Part shown: one piece after another, positions 10,277 through 24,661 of the stretch
How the letters are laid out: each line of letters starts with the position of its first letter
How positions within the stretch are numbered: position 1 is the first letter of the stretch
Origin: Escherichia coli
GTDB lineage: Bacteria > Pseudomonadota > Gammaproteobacteria > Enterobacterales > Enterobacteriaceae
Reading direction: 5' to 3' (one strand)
DNA length: 64,000 nucleotides
Assembly: GCF_003334385.1 (NCBI RefSeq)
Contig: NZ_QOWN01000012.1
Translations under genes and position numbers: made by a program
Notes under the pieces: model-generated
What the model was told of the DNA's origin: nothing
Databases searched by the model: none
What the model saw: the letters and a program-made list of their open reading frames with translations, nothing else

Positions 10277-11371
10277 ATGGCACAACAGACTCCTTTGTAC
10301 GAACAACACACGCTTTGCGGCGCTCGCATGGTGGATTTCCACGGCTGGATGATGCCGCTGCATTACGGTTCGCAAATCGACGAACATCATGCGGTACGTA
10401 CCGATGCCGGAATGTTTGATGTGTCACATATGACCATCGTCGATCTTCGCGGCAGCCGCACCCGGGAGTTTCTGCGTTATCTGCTGGCGAACGATGTGGC
10501 GAAGCTCACCAAAAGCGGCAAAGCCCTTTACTCGGGGATGTTGAATGCCTCTGGCGGTGTGATAGATGACCTCATCGTCTACTACTTTACTGAAGATTTC
10601 TTCCGCCTCGTTGTTAACTCCGCCACCCGCGAAAAAGACCTCTCCTGGATTACCCAACACGCTGAACCTTTCGGCATCGAAATTACCGTTCGTGATGACC
10701 TTTCCATGATTGCCGTGCAAGGGCCGAATGCGCAGGCAAAAGCTGCCACACTGTTTAATGACGCCCAGCGTCAGGCGGTGGAAGGGATGAAACCGTTCTT
10801 TGGCGTGCAGGCGGGCGATCTGTTTATTGCCACCACTGGTTATACCGGTGAAGCGGGCTATGAAATTGCGCTGCCCAATGAAAAAGCGGCCGATTTCTGG
10901 CGTGCGCTGGTGGAAGCGGGTGTTAAGCCATGTGGCTTGGGCGCGCGTGACACGCTGCGTCTGGAAGCGGGCATGAATCTTTATGGTCAGGAGATGGACG
11001 AAACCATCTCTCCTTTAGCCGCCAACATGGGCTGGACCATCGCCTGGGAACCGGCAGATCGTGACTTTATCGGTCGTGAAGCCCTGGAAGTGCAGCGTGA
11101 GCATGGTACAGAAAAACTGGTTGGTCTGGTGATGACCGAAAAAGGCGTGCTGCGTAATGAACTGCCGGTACGCTTTACCGATGCGCAGGGCAACCAGCAT
11201 GAAGGCATTATCACCAGCGGTACTTTCTCCCCGACGCTGGGTTACAGCATTGCGCTGGCGCGCGTGCCGGAAGGTATTGGCGAAACGGCGATTGTGCAAA
11301 TTCGCAACCGTGAAATGCCGGTTAAAGTGACAAAACCTGTTTTTGTGCGTAACGGCAAAGCCGTCGCGTGA
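10277..11371 (+). CDS. gcvT: glycine cleavage system T protein, aminomethyltransferase (364 aa)
   Basis: 364-aa [36 protein letters not shown]. Recognised. Confidence 0.97.
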
Positions 11372-11394
11372 TTTACTTTTTTGGAGATTGATTG

Positions 11395-11784
11395 ATGAGC
11401 AACGTACCAGCAGAACTGAAATACAGCAAAGAACACGAATGGCTGCGTAAAGAAGCCGACGGCACTTACACCGTTGGTATTACCGAACATGCTCAGGAGC
11501 TGTTAGGCGATATGGTGTTTGTTGACCTGCCGGAAGTGGGCGCAACGGTTAGCGCGGGCGATGACTGCGCGGTTGCCGAATCGGTAAAAGCGGCGTCAGA
11601 CATTTATGCGCCAGTAAGCGGTGAAATCGTGGCGGTAAACGACGCACTGAGCGATTCCCCGGAACTGGTGAACAGCGAACCGTATGCAGGCGGCTGGATC
11701 TTTAAAATCAAAGCCAGCGATGAAAGCGAACTGGAATCACTGCTGGATGCGACCGCATACGAAGCATTGTTAGAAGACGAGTAA
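11395..11784 (+). CDS. gcvH: glycine cleavage system H protein (129 aa)
   Basis: [20 protein letters not shown].. with the lipoyl-lysine motif ESVKAASD. The track start at 11392 is a TTG one codon upstream. Confidence 0.96.
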
Positions 11785-11804
11785 CGGCTTTATTCCTCTT
11801 CTGC

Positions 11805-11866
11805 GGGAGAGGATCAGGGTGAGGAAAATTTATGCCTCACCCTCACTCTCTTCGTAAGGAGAGAGG
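11805..11866. repeat. GC-rich palindromic intergenic repeat (boxC-like unit)
   Basis: GGGAGAGGATCAGGGTGAGG...CCTCACCCTCACTCTC. It belongs to the same family as the pair at 14855..14957. Confidence 0.5.
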
Positions 11867-11902
11867 TTCACAATTCACTGCACGTTTCAGGAACCATCGC
11901 TC

Positions 11903-14776
11903 ATGACACAGACGTTAAGCCAGCTTGAAAACAGCGGCGCTTTTATTGAACGCCATATCGGACCGGACGCCGCGCAACAGCAAGAAATGCTGAATGCCGT
12001 TGGTGCACAATCGTTAAACGCGCTGACCGGCCAGATTGTGCCGAAAGATATTCAACTTGCGACACCACCGCAGGTTGGCGCACCGGCGACCGAATACGCC
12101 GCACTGGCAGAACTCAAGGCTATTGCCAGTCGCAATAAACGCTTCACGTCTTACATCGGCATGGGTTACACCGCCGTGCAGCTACCGCCGGTTATCCTGC
12201 GTAACATGCTGGAAAATCCGGGCTGGTATACCGCGTACACTCCGTATCAACCTGAAGTCTCCCAGGGCCGCCTTGAAGCACTGCTCAACTTCCAGCAGGT
12301 AACGCTGGATTTGACTGGACTGGATATGGCCTCTGCTTCTCTTCTGGACGAGGCCACCGCTGCCGCCGAAGCAATGGCGATGGCGAAACGCGTCAGCAAA
12401 CTGAAAAATGCCAACCGCTTCTTCGTGGCTTCCGATGTGCATCCGCAAACGCTGGATGTGGTCCGTACTCGTGCCGAAACCTTTGGTTTTGAAGTGATTG
12501 TCGATGACGCGCAAAAAGTGCTCGACCATCAGGACGTCTTCGGCGTGCTGTTACAGCAGGTAGGCACTACCGGTGAAATTCACGACTACACTGCGCTTAT
12601 TAGCGAACTGAAATCACGCAAAATTGTGGTCAGCGTTGCCGCCGATATTATGGCGCTGGTGCTGTTAACTGCGCCGGGTAAACAGGGCGCGGATATTGTT
12701 TTTGGTTCGGCGCAACGCTTCGGCGTGCCGATGGGCTACGGTGGCCCACACGCGGCATTCTTTGCGGCGAAAGATGAATACAAACGCTCAATGCCGGGCC
12801 GTATTATCGGTGTATCGAAAGATGCAGCTGGCAATACCGCGCTGCGCATGGCGATGCAGACTCGCGAGCAACATATCCGCCGTGAGAAAGCGAACTCCAA
12901 CATTTGTACTTCCCAGGTACTGCTGGCAAACATCGCCAGCCTGTATGCCGTTTATCACGGCCCGGTTGGCCTGAAACGTATCGCTAACCGCATTCACCGT
13001 CTGACCGATATCCTGGCGGCGGGCCTGCAACAAAAAGGTCTGAAACTGCGCCATGCGCACTATTTCGACACCTTGTGTGTGGAAGTGGCCGACAAAGCGG
13101 GCGTACTGACGCGTGCCGAAGCGGCTGAAATCAACCTGCGTAGCGATATTCTGAACGCGGTTGGGATCACCCTTGATGAAACAACCACGCGTGAAAACGT
13201 AATGCAGCTTTTCAACGTGCTGCTGGGCGATAACCACGGCCTGGACATCGACACGCTGGACAAAGACGTGGCTCACGACAGCCGCTCTATCCAGCCTGCG
13301 ATGCTGCGCGACGACGAAATCCTCACCCATCCGGTGTTTAATCGCTACCACAGCGAAACCGAAATGATGCGCTATATGCACTCGCTGGAGCGTAAAGATC
13401 TGGCGCTGAATCAGGCGATGATCCCGCTGGGTTCCTGCACCATGAAACTGAACGCCGCCGCCGAGATGATCCCAATCACCTGGCCGGAATTTGCCGAACT
13501 GCACCCGTTCTGCCCGCCGGAGCAGGCCGAAGGTTATCAGCAGATGATTGCGCAGCTGGCTGACTGGCTGGTGAAACTGACCGGTTACGACGCCGTTTGT
13601 ATGCAGCCGAACTCTGGCGCACAGGGCGAATACGCGGGCCTGCTGGCGATTCGTCATTATCATGAAAGCCGCAACGAAGGGCATCGCGATATCTGCCTGA
13701 TCCCGGCTTCTGCGCACGGAACTAACCCCGCTTCTGCACATATGGCAGGAATGCAGGTGGTGGTTGTGGCGTGTGATAAAAACGGCAACATCGATCTGAC
13801 TGATCTGCGCGCGAAAGCGGAACAGGCGGGCGATAACCTCTCCTGTATCATGGTGACTTATCCTTCTACCCACGGCGTGTATGAAGAAACGATCCGTGAA
13901 GTGTGTGAAGTCGTGCATCAGTTCGGCGGTCAGGTTTACCTTGATGGCGCGAACATGAACGCCCAGGTTGGCATCACCTCGCCGGGCTTTATTGGTGCGG
14001 ACGTTTCACACCTTAACCTACATAAAACTTTCTGCATTCCGCACGGCGGTGGTGGTCCGGGTATGGGACCGATCGGCGTGAAAGCGCATTTGGCACCGTT
14101 TGTACCGGGTCATAGCGTGGTGCAAATCGAAGGCATGTTAACCCGTCAGGGCGCGGTTTCTGCGGCACCGTTCGGTAGCGCCTCTATCCTGCCAATCAGC
14201 TGGATGTACATCCGCATGATGGGCGCAGAAGGGCTGAAAAAAGCAAGCCAGGTGGCAATCCTCAACGCCAACTATATTGCCAGCCGCCTGCAGGATGCCT
14301 TCCCGGTGCTGTATACCGGTCGCGACGGTCGCGTGGCGCACGAATGTATTCTCGATATTCGCCCGCTGAAAGAAGAAACCGGCATCAGCGAGCTGGATAT
14401 TGCCAAGCGCCTGATCGACTACGGTTTCCACGCGCCGACGATGTCGTTCCCGGTGGCGGGTACGCTGATGGTTGAACCGACTGAATCTGAAAGCAAAGTG
14501 GAACTGGATCGCTTTATCGACGCGATGCTGGCTATCCGCGCAGAAATTGACCAGGTGAAAGCCGGTGTCTGGCCGCTGGAAGATAACCCGCTGGTGAACG
14601 CGCCGCACATTCAGAGCGAACTGGTCGCCGAGTGGGCGCATCCGTACAGCCGTGAAGTTGCGGTATTCCCGGCAGGTGTGGCAGACAAATACTGGCCGAC
14701 AGTGAAACGTCTGGATGATGTTTACGGCGACCGTAACCTGTTCTGCTCCTGCGTACCGATTAGCGAATACCAGTAA
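11903..14776 (+). CDS. gcvP: glycine dehydrogenase (decarboxylating), P protein (957 aa)
   Basis: 957-aa [25 protein letters not shown]. Recognised. Confidence 0.97.
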   Translation: MTQTLSQLENSGAFIERHIGPDAAQQQEMLNAVGAQSLNALTGQIVPKDIQLATPPQVGAPATEYAALAELKAIASRNKRFTSYIGMGYTAVQLPPVILRNMLENPGWYTAYTPYQPEVSQGRLEALLNFQQVTLDLTGLDMASASLLDEATAAAEAMAMAKRVSKLKNANRFFVASDVHPQTLDVVRTRAETFGFEVIVDDAQKVLDHQDVFGVLLQQVGTTGEIHDYTALISELKSRKIVVSVAADIMALVLLTAPGKQGADIVFGSAQRFGVPMGYGGPHAAFFAAKDEYKRSMPGRIIGVSKDAAGNTALRMAMQTREQHIRREKANSNICTSQVLLANIASLYAVYHGPVGLKRIANRIHRLTDILAAGLQQKGLKLRHAHYFDTLCVEVADKAGVLTRAEAAEINLRSDILNAVGITLDETTTRENVMQLFNVLLGDNHGLDIDTLDKDVAHDSRSIQPAMLRDDEILTHPVFNRYHSETEMMRYMHSLERKDLALNQAMIPLGSCTMKLNAAAEMIPITWPEFAELHPFCPPEQAEGYQQMIAQLADWLVKLTGYDAVCMQPNSGAQGEYAGLLAIRHYHESRNEGHRDICLIPASAHGTNPASAHMAGMQVVVVACDKNGNIDLTDLRAKAEQAGDNLSCIMVTYPSTHGVYEETIREVCEVVHQFGGQVYLDGANMNAQVGITSPGFIGADVSHLNLHKTFCIPHGGGGPGMGPIGVKAHLAPFVPGHSVVQIEGMLTRQGAVSAAPFGSASILPISWMYIRMMGAEGLKKASQVAILNANYIASRLQDAFPVLYTGRDGRVAHECILDIRPLKEETGISELDIAKRLIDYGFHAPTMSFPVAGTLMVEPTESESKVELDRFIDAMLAIRAEIDQVKAGVWPLEDNPLVNAPHIQSELVAEWAHPYSREVAVFPAGVADKYWPTVKRLDDVYGDRNLFCSCVPISEYQ

Positions 14777-14798
14777 TTCACTGATTCGACTATTTTCT

Positions 14799-14820
14799 AA
14801 AGGCGCTTCGGCGCCTTTTT
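14799..14820 (+). terminator. intrinsic terminator of gcvTHP
   Basis: AAAGGCGC-TTCG-GCGCCTTTTT. Confidence 0.85.
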
Positions 14821-14854
14821 AGTCAGATGACAAAGTACAAAAGTGCTCAGACAG

Positions 14855-14957
14855 TCCCCTCGCCCCTTTGGGGAGAGGGTTAGGGTGAGGGGAACAGGCC
14901 GGCACTGGCGCGAATATTTACCCTCACCCCGGCCCTCTCCCTGAAAGGGCGAGGGGG
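14855..14957. repeat. pair of inverted GC-rich intergenic repeats (boxC-like)
   Basis: Left unit CCCCTCGCCCCTTTGGGGAGAGGGTTAGGGTGAGGGG. Right unit CCCTCACCCCGGCCCTCTCCCTGAAAGGGCGAGGGG. The two are imperfect reverse complements. Confidence 0.6.
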
Positions 14958-15042
14958 AAAAGCGTGCCAACATTGAAGATTGAGCCAGTTTGTTAGCAAT
15001 CTCAAAGATACGTCAACGAATTAATTTTTCTCGGAAAAACAA

Positions 15043-15786
15043 ATGGCTATAGCACTTGTGACTGGTGGCAGTCGCGGCATCGGGCGGGCAACTGCATTAC
15101 TGTTGGCGCAAGAAGGGTATACGGTGGCGGTTAATTATCAGCAAAACCTCCACGCGGCGCAGGAAGTGATGAACTTAATAACGCAAGCCGGTGGCAAAGC
15201 ATTCGTGCTCCAGGCGGATATCAGCGACGAAAACCAGGTCGTTGCGATGTTTACAGCAATCGATCAGCACGATGAACCGCTAGCAGCGCTGGTCAATAAC
15301 GCCGGGATCTTGTTTACCCAGTGCACCGTTGAAAACCTTACCGCAGAGCGAATCAACCGAGTACTTTCCACCAACGTGACGGGATATTTTCTCTGCTGCC
15401 GCGAGGCGGTAAAACGCATGGCGCTTAAAAATGGTGGCAGTGGCGGCGCTATCGTCAATGTCTCTTCGGTGGCCTCACGGTTGGGTTCGCCAGGGGAATA
15501 TGTTGATTACGCGGCATCGAAAGGGGCGATTGATACGTTAACCACCGGACTATCGCTGGAAGTCGCCGCGCAGGGGATCCGCGTTAACTGCGTGCGGCCA
15601 GGGTTTATTTATACCGAAATGCACGCCAGCGGCGGCGAGCCTGGACGCGTCGATCGCGTTAAGTCGAACATCCCCATGCAGCGTGGTGGACAGGCAGAAG
15701 AGGTCGCGCAGGCCATTGTCTGGCTACTAAGTGATAAAGCCTCTTACGTCACGGGAAGTTTTATCGATTTGGCGGGCGGGAAATAA
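15043..15786 (+). CDS. ygfF: short-chain dehydrogenase/reductase YgfF (247 aa)
   Basis: TGGSRGIGRA cofactor motif and the YAASKGA catalytic motif. Recognised as YgfF. Confidence 0.92.
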   Translation: MAIALVTGGSRGIGRATALLLAQEGYTVAVNYQQNLHAAQEVMNLITQAGGKAFVLQADISDENQVVAMFTAIDQHDEPLAALVNNAGILFTQCTVENLTAERINRVLSTNVTGYFLCCREAVKRMALKNGGSGGAIVNVSSVASRLGSPGEYVDYAASKGAIDTLTTGLSLEVAAQGIRVNCVRPGFIYTEMHASGGEPGRVDRVKSNIPMQRGGQAEEVAQAIVWLLSDKASYVTGSFIDLAGGK

Positions 15787-15803
15787 AACAGGGAAGTTGT
15801 CTG

Positions 15804-15831
15804 ACCGGATGCAACAAGTATTGCATCCGGT
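15804..15831. terminator. bidirectional terminator between convergent ygfF and bglA
   Basis: Perfect stem ACCGGATGCAA / TTGCATCCGGT. Confidence 0.7.
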
Positions 15832-15842
15832 ACTTCATCGAC

Positions 15843-17303
<1,461 letters not shown>

Positions 17304-17320
17304 TTACAGGAAATAGTACC

Positions 17321-17632
17321 ATGCAGCCAAACGACATCACTTTTTTTCAACGTTTCCAGGATGACATTCTGGCTGGGCGTAAAACCATCACCATCCGCGA
17401 CGAGTCTGAATCGCACTTCAAAACGGGTGATGTGCTTCGTGTCGGACGTTTTGAAGATGACGGTTATTTTTGCACGATTGAAGTCACCGCAACCTCAACC
17501 GTAACGCTGGATACGCTGACTGAAAAACATGCAGAGCAGGAAAATATGACCCTGACTGAACTGAAAAAAGTCATTGCTGACATCTATCCCGGTCAGACAC
17601 AATTTTATGTGATTGAATTTAAATGTCTTTAA
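17321..17632 (+). CDS. yqfB: ASCH-domain protein YqfB (103 aa)
   Basis: 103-aa [30 protein letters not shown]. Recognised. Confidence 0.9.
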   Translation: MQPNDITFFQRFQDDILAGRKTITIRDESESHFKTGDVLRVGRFEDDGYFCTIEVTATSTVTLDTLTEKHAEQENMTLTELKKVIADIYPGQTQFYVIEFKCL

Positions 17633-17792
17633 ATTGAACTCACGCCTGTTAGTTGAAATTTCGCATTTAATTTCATGATTTTTAGGAGATTAGTCTCAAA
17701 TCAGAATTTATTTTAGCTAACAGGTGTTCACTGGAACTATTCTCAGTTACGCTGGAGAGGTATACATGTGCGTGTACGTTTCTCCGGAGTAA

Positions 17793-18455
<663 letters not shown>

Positions 18456-18464
18456 TGGGTATGC

Positions 18465-18645
18465 CTTTGTAGGCCTGATAAGACGCGCCAGCGTCGCATC
18501 AGGCATCGGAGCACAACTGCCGGATTCGGCGTGAACGCCTTATCCGATCTACGGGCCTCGTCCCTGTTGTGATAAAGGCATCAAATCCCAGACATGATAA
18601 GACGCGCCAGCGTCGCATCAGGCGATAAATGCCTGATGCGATAAA
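18465..18645. repeat. REP/BIME cluster (about four REP-like units)
   Basis: GATAAGACGCGCCAGCGTCGCATCAGGC occurs twice (18477.. and 18595..). Also present are TGCCGGATTCGGCGTGAACGCCTTATCCGATCTAC and GCCTGATGCGATAAAG. Confidence 0.85.
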
Positions 18646-18650
18646 GAGAT

Positions 18651-19631
18651 TTACTCTTCGAGCGAATACGGCAGCGGCTCGATATGCAATGTATTCGCAT
18701 CGTCGCGTACGCGGAAGATGCTATCCGGTTCCATATCGTTATTCATGACGACCTGTACCACGACCTGACCATCTTCCAGTTTTACCGCAGCCAGTACCGT
18801 ACCGGTACGACGCCAGTTCTCGCCCATTTTCAGCTCTAAGTCTTCACCAGCTTCCGGCAGTCGGCTGGCGCTACCTGCCAGCAACCAGAGCGCACGTTTA
18901 TTGGCACCACGGAATTTTGCTCGCGCCACCATCTCTTGTCCGGTATAACAGCCTTTCTTAAAGCTGATACCGCCCAGCGCCTGGAGATTGGTCGCCTGTG
19001 GGATAAACTGCCCGCTGTTGGCGGCATCAATCACCGGGAAACCCGCTTCAATGTTTAATGCCAGCCACTGTTGGCTATTGTTCAGTTCCGCTTCACCGCG
19101 CAGTTTATCGGTCAGCATATTAGCAGTAGCTTCATCGGTTACGATCAGGAAACGTTCTGCCGGGTGTTCAAACCATAGCAAAGTGGTCGCGCCTTCTTTG
19201 ACTACCTGTTTTTCTTTCGAAGGCAGTTCGCTAAAGAGATTTGCCAGCGCGGCGCGCGCCTGAAAACCGGCAACACCAAGCAGCACACGCTCGTCGTCTG
19301 GCGCGATGGTCACTTTAGAGAATACCGCATATTTTTTCAGTTCAGTCAGCTGCGGTTCACGCACGCTGCGCCGTTCAATCCATGCAAAGCCATCGCCGTC
19401 GCGGAACAGACGTAAATTGCTCCACATTTTACCTTTGGCGTCGCAATGGGCGGCGAGCAGGTGCTGATCTTCTGCCATCTGGCTGACATCTGCTGTCACC
19501 TGACCCTGCATATATTTTTCGCTGTCCGCGCCAGTAATGGTGGCAAGCGCCCAGTCATCAAGCGTCATCAGCGTCAGCGGTAAACGGGCAGAAGCCGTAG
19601 GCTGACGGGGAGGAAAAGGTGTAAAAGCCAT
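18651..19631 (-). CDS. ygfZ: folate-binding Fe-S cluster repair/tRNA-modification protein YgfZ (326 aa)
   Basis: 326-aa [47 protein letters not shown] with the KGCYTGQE motif. Confidence 0.95.
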   Translation of the reverse strand: MAFTPFPPRQPTASARLPLTLMTLDDWALATITGADSEKYMQGQVTADVSQMAEDQHLLAAHCDAKGKMWSNLRLFRDGDGFAWIERRSVREPQLTELKKYAVFSKVTIAPDDERVLLGVAGFQARAALANLFSELPSKEKQVVKEGATTLLWFEHPAERFLIVTDEATANMLTDKLRGEAELNNSQQWLALNIEAGFPVIDAANSGQFIPQATNLQALGGISFKKGCYTGQEMVARAKFRGANKRALWLLAGSASRLPEAGEDLELKMGENWRRTGTVLAAVKLEDGQVVVQVVMNNDMEPDSIFRVRDDANTLHIEPLPYSLEE

Positions 19632-19861
19632 AATAGAGTCCTGAGTTGCTTAACGGCGTATTAATGACTAATGGTAAAAGAGCTATGAGGCAATGCAAGT
19701 GCTTTCACTACGCGATCTGTGCCTTCTGCGAGGCGACTTCCAAAAAAATGAAGCCATTGAATTGTTGTGAATTAATTTCGCGATCGCGATGGTGTTTACT
19801 GATATTCCCGTAAAAGAAGGCGAAAAACACGTTACAATAGCCGGGTACTGGATTTTCGTGA

Positions 19862-20528
<667 letters not shown>

Positions 20529-20567
20529 AGATGACGGCAAAGCATATGCGCTAAGCCGTCAGTGAGA

Positions 20568-21089
20568 TCAGGCGTAATGCTCTGCCATTTCGTTGAGGAT
20601 TTGCTCGCACCAGCTCTGAATACGCTCGTCGCTAAGGTCATACTGGTTAGTTTCATCCAGCGCCAGACCCACGAACAGTTGCCCGTCAGCAATCACCGGT
20701 TTCGGGCTGGTAAATTCATATCCTTCCGTTGGCCAGTAGCCGACGAACTTCACGCCTTTGGTCGAGAGTTTGTCATGCAGCATACCGAGCGCATCGAGGA
20801 ACCACTCGCCGTATCCCAGTTGATCGCCAAGCCCATACAGCGCAACAATTTTACCTTCAAGGTTCAGGTCGTCGAGCTGATCCCAGACGGCTTCCCAGTC
20901 TTCCTGGATTTCACCAAAATCCCAGGTCGGGATACCCAGAATGAGCACATCGTACTGCTCCATTAATTTCGGGGAGTCGTCCTTGAGGTTATGTAAGGTC
21001 ACCAGTTCTGGGCCGATAATATCGCGGATTTTTTCTGCCGCCATTTCGGTGTAACAGGTGCTGGAACCGTAAAAAAGACCCATATTCAT
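20568..21089 (-). CDS. fldB: flavodoxin 2 (173 aa)
   Basis: [23 protein letters not shown]. Long-chain flavodoxin; recognised. Confidence 0.95.
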
Positions 21090-21200
21090 AACGTAAGCTT
21101 CTCGATTCTGCTGTGGCTTTTGCGGCTAGTGTATCAGAATCGCTTTAGTCACGGCACAATAAGGCATAATGGATCAAATGAGTGACCATAAGGGGCGCAA

Positions 21201-22097
21201 GTGAAACAGGATCTGGCACGCATCGAGCAGTTTCTTGATGCTCTGTGGCTGGAAAAAAATCTGGCTGAAAATACGTTGAACGCTTACCGTCGCGATCTGT
21301 CAATGATGGTGGAGTGGTTGCATCACCGCGGGTTGACGCTGGCGACGGCGCAAAGTGACGATTTGCAGGCATTACTGGCAGAACGGCTGGAGGGCGGGTA
21401 TAAAGCCACCAGCTCAGCGCGTTTGCTGAGTGCAGTGCGCCGATTGTTCCAGTATCTTTATCGCGAAAAGTTTCGTGAAGACGATCCCAGTGCGCATCTC
21501 GCTTCACCGAAATTGCCCCAGCGTTTGCCAAAAGATTTAAGCGAAGCGCAGGTCGAACGTTTATTACAGGCACCATTAATCGATCAGCCACTGGAGCTAC
21601 GCGATAAAGCCATGCTTGAAGTGTTGTATGCTACCGGGCTGCGTGTCTCTGAACTGGTCGGACTGACAATGAGTGATATCAGCCTGCGTCAGGGCGTGGT
21701 ACGGGTCATTGGTAAAGGCAACAAAGAGCGTCTGGTGCCGTTAGGTGAAGAGGCGGTTTACTGGCTGGAAACCTATCTGGAACATGGGCGTCCGTGGCTG
21801 CTGAATGGTGTGTCAATTGACGTGTTGTTTCCCAGCCAGCGTGCGCAGCAGATGACGCGACAGACCTTCTGGCACCGTATTAAACATTATGCTGTGCTGG
21901 CGGGTATCGACAGCGAAAAGCTGTCACCGCATGTGTTGCGTCACGCTTTTGCCACTCATTTATTAAATCATGGTGCGGATTTACGCGTGGTGCAGATGCT
22001 ACTGGGCCACAGCGATCTCTCCACCACGCAAATTTATACGCATGTCGCTACCGAGCGTCTGCGGCAACTTCATCAACAGCATCACCCGCGGGCGTGA
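21201..22097 (+). CDS. xerD: site-specific tyrosine recombinase XerD (298 aa)
   Basis: GTG start. Contains ATGLRVSELVGL, HVLRHAFATHLL and LLGHSDLSTTQIYTH. Recognised. Confidence 0.96.
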   Translation: MKQDLARIEQFLDALWLEKNLAENTLNAYRRDLSMMVEWLHHRGLTLATAQSDDLQALLAERLEGGYKATSSARLLSAVRRLFQYLYREKFREDDPSAHLASPKLPQRLPKDLSEAQVERLLQAPLIDQPLELRDKAMLEVLYATGLRVSELVGLTMSDISLRQGVVRVIGKGNKERLVPLGEEAVYWLETYLEHGRPWLLNGVSIDVLFPSQRAQQMTRQTFWHRIKHYAVLAGIDSEKLSPHVLRHAFATHLLNHGADLRVVQMLLGHSDLSTTQIYTHVATERLRQLHQQHHPRA

Positions 22098-22121
22098 TGT
22101 CTGAAAAGAACGGGAAGATTT

Positions 22122-22832
22122 ATGAAGAAAGGTTTTATGTTGTTTACTTTGTTAGCGGCGTTTTCAGGCTTTGCTCAGGCTGATGACGCGGCAATTCAAC
22201 AAACGTTAGCCAAAATGGGCATCAAAAGCAGCGATATTCAGCCCGCGCCTGTAGCTGGCATGAAGACAGTTCTGACTAACAGCGGCGTGTTGTACATCAC
22301 CGATGATGGTAAACATATCATTCAGGGGCCAATGTATGACGTTAGTGGCACGGCTCCGGTCAATGTCACCAATAAGATGCTGTTAAAGCAGTTGAATGCG
22401 CTTGAAAAAGAGATGATCGTTTATAAAGCGCCGCAGGAAAAACACGTCATCACCGTGTTTACTGATATTACCTGTGGCTACTGCCACAAACTGCATGAGC
22501 AAATGGCAGACTACAACGCGCTGGGGATCACCGTGCGTTATCTTGCTTTCCCGCGCCAGGGGCTGGACAGCGATGCAGAGAAAGAAATGAAAGCTATCTG
22601 GTGTGCGAAAGATAAAAACAAAGCGTTTGATGATGTGATGGCAGGTAAAAGCGTCGCACCAGCCAGTTGCGACGTGGATATTGCCGACCATTACGCACTT
22701 GGCGTCCAGCTTGGCGTTAGCGGTACTCCGGCAGTTGTGCTGAGCAATGGCACACTTGTTCCGGGTTACCAGCCGCCGAAAGAGATGAAAGAATTCCTCG
22801 ACGAACACCAAAAAATGACCAGCGGTAAATAA
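22122..22832 (+). CDS. dsbC: periplasmic disulfide isomerase DsbC (236 aa)
   Basis: Signal peptide plus the CGYC active site. Recognised. Confidence 0.96.
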   Translation: MKKGFMLFTLLAAFSGFAQADDAAIQQTLAKMGIKSSDIQPAPVAGMKTVLTNSGVLYITDDGKHIIQGPMYDVSGTAPVNVTNKMLLKQLNALEKEMIVYKAPQEKHVITVFTDITCGYCHKLHEQMADYNALGITVRYLAFPRQGLDSDAEKEMKAIWCAKDKNKAFDDVMAGKSVAPASCDVDIADHYALGVQLGVSGTPAVVLSNGTLVPGYQPPKEMKEFLDEHQKMTSGK

Positions 22833-22837
22833 TTCGC

Positions 22838-24571
22838 GTGAAACAACAGATACAACTTCGTCGCCGTGAAGTCGATGAAACGGCAGACTTGCCCGCTGAA
22901 TTGCCTCCCTTGCTGCGCCGTTTATACGCCAGCCGGGGAGTACGCAGTGCGCAAGAACTGGAACGCAGTGTTAAAGGTATGCTGCCCTGGCAGCAACTGA
23001 GCGGCGTCGAAAAGGCCGTTGAGATCCTTTACAACGCTTTTCGCGAAGGAACGCGGATTATTGTGGTCGGTGATTTCGACGCCGACGGCGCGACCAGCAC
23101 GGCTCTAAGCGTGCTGGCGATGCGCTCGCTTGGTTGCAGCAATATCGACTACCTGGTACCAAACCGTTTCGAAGACGGTTACGGCTTAAGCCCGGAAGTG
23201 GTCGATCAGGCCCATGCCCGTGGCGCGCAGTTAATTGTCACGGTGGATAACGGTATTTCCTCCCATGCGGGGGTTGAGCACGCTCGCTCGTTGGGCATCC
23301 CGGTTATTGTTACCGATCACCATTTGCCAGGCGACACATTACCCGCAGCGGAAGCGATCATTAACCCTAACTTGCGCGACTGTAATTTCCCGTCGAAATC
23401 ACTGGCAGGCGTGGGTGTGGCGTTTTATCTGATGCTGGCGCTGCGCACCTTTTTGCGCGATCAGGGCTGGTTTGATGAGCGTAACATCGCAATTCCTAAC
23501 CTGGCAGAACTGCTGGATCTGGTCGCGCTGGGGACAGTGGCGGACGTCGTGCCGCTGGACGCTAATAATCGCATTCTGACCTGGCAGGGGATGAGTCGCA
23601 TCCGAGCCGGAAAGTGCCGTCCGGGGATTAAAGCGCTGCTTGAAGTGGCAAACCGTGATGCACAAAAACTCGCCGCCAGCGATTTAGGTTTTGCGCTGGG
23701 GCCACGTCTCAATGCTGCCGGACGACTGGACGATATGTCCGTCGGTGTGGCGCTGTTGTTGTGCGACAACATCGGCGAAGCGCGCGTGCTGGCAAATGAA
23801 CTCGATGCGCTAAACCAGACGCGAAAAGAGATCGAACAAGGAATGCAAATTGAAGCCCTGACCCTGTGCGAGAAACTGGAGCGCAGCCGTGACACGCTAC
23901 CCGGCGGGCTGGCAATGTATCACCCCGAATGGCATCAGGGCGTTGTCGGTATTCTGGCTTCGCGCATCAAAGAGCGTTTTCACCGTCCGGTTATCGCGTT
24001 TGCGCCAGCAGGTGACGGTACGCTGAAAGGTTCCGGTCGCTCCATTCAGGGGCTGCATATGCGTGATGCGCTGGAGCGATTAGACACACTCTACCCTGGC
24101 ATGATGCTGAAGTTTGGCGGTCATGCGATGGCGGCGGGTTTGTCGCTGGAAGAGGATAAATTCAAACTCTTTCAACAACGGTTTGGCGAACTGGTTACTG
24201 AGTGGCTGGACCCTTCGCTATTGCAAGGCGAAGTGGTATCAGACGGTCCGTTAAGCCCGGCCGAAATGACCATGGAAGTGGCGCAGCTGCTGCGCGATGC
24301 TGGCCCGTGGGGGCAGATGTTCCCGGAGCCGCTGTTTGACGGTCATTTCCGTCTGCTGCAACAGCGGCTGGTGGGCGAACGTCATTTGAAGGTGATGGTC
24401 GAACCGGTCGGCGGCGGTCCACTGCTGGATGGTATTGCTTTTAATGTCGATACCGCCCTCTGGCCGGATAACGGCGTGCGCGAAGTGCAACTGGCTTATA
24501 AGCTCGATATCAACGAGTTTCGCGGCAACCGCAGCCTGCAAATTATCATCGACAATATCTGGCCAATTTAG
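22838..24571 (+). CDS. recJ: ssDNA-specific 5'-3' exonuclease RecJ (577 aa)
   Basis: GTG start. DHH motifs are present (VVGDFDADGATS, VTDHH). Recognised. Confidence 0.96.
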   Translation: MKQQIQLRRREVDETADLPAELPPLLRRLYASRGVRSAQELERSVKGMLPWQQLSGVEKAVEILYNAFREGTRIIVVGDFDADGATSTALSVLAMRSLGCSNIDYLVPNRFEDGYGLSPEVVDQAHARGAQLIVTVDNGISSHAGVEHARSLGIPVIVTDHHLPGDTLPAAEAIINPNLRDCNFPSKSLAGVGVAFYLMLALRTFLRDQGWFDERNIAIPNLAELLDLVALGTVADVVPLDANNRILTWQGMSRIRAGKCRPGIKALLEVANRDAQKLAASDLGFALGPRLNAAGRLDDMSVGVALLLCDNIGEARVLANELDALNQTRKEIEQGMQIEALTLCEKLERSRDTLPGGLAMYHPEWHQGVVGILASRIKERFHRPVIAFAPAGDGTLKGSGRSIQGLHMRDALERLDTLYPGMMLKFGGHAMAAGLSLEEDKFKLFQQRFGELVTEWLDPSLLQGEVVSDGPLSPAEMTMEVAQLLRDAGPWGQMFPEPLFDGHFRLLQQRLVGERHLKVMVEPVGGGPLLDGIAFNVDTALWPDNGVREVQLAYKLDINEFRGNRSLQIIIDNIWPI

Positions 24572-24590
24572 CGTCATCTTCTCTATAAAA

Positions 24591-24621
24591 AAGAGCGTGG
24601 ATTGGGTACAATCCCGCTCTT
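24591..24621 (+). terminator. hairpin after recJ
   Basis: AAGAGCGTGGATT / AATCCCGCTCTT (one bulge). Confidence 0.5.
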
Positions 24622-24661
24622 ATCACCGCATTTTGACTAGCTCAATAAAAGAAATCAGACC

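Noticed and set aside
12788-13918. 376-aa minus-strand ORF inside gcvP
   Set aside because: It is the antisense shadow of gcvP, with no independent signals.
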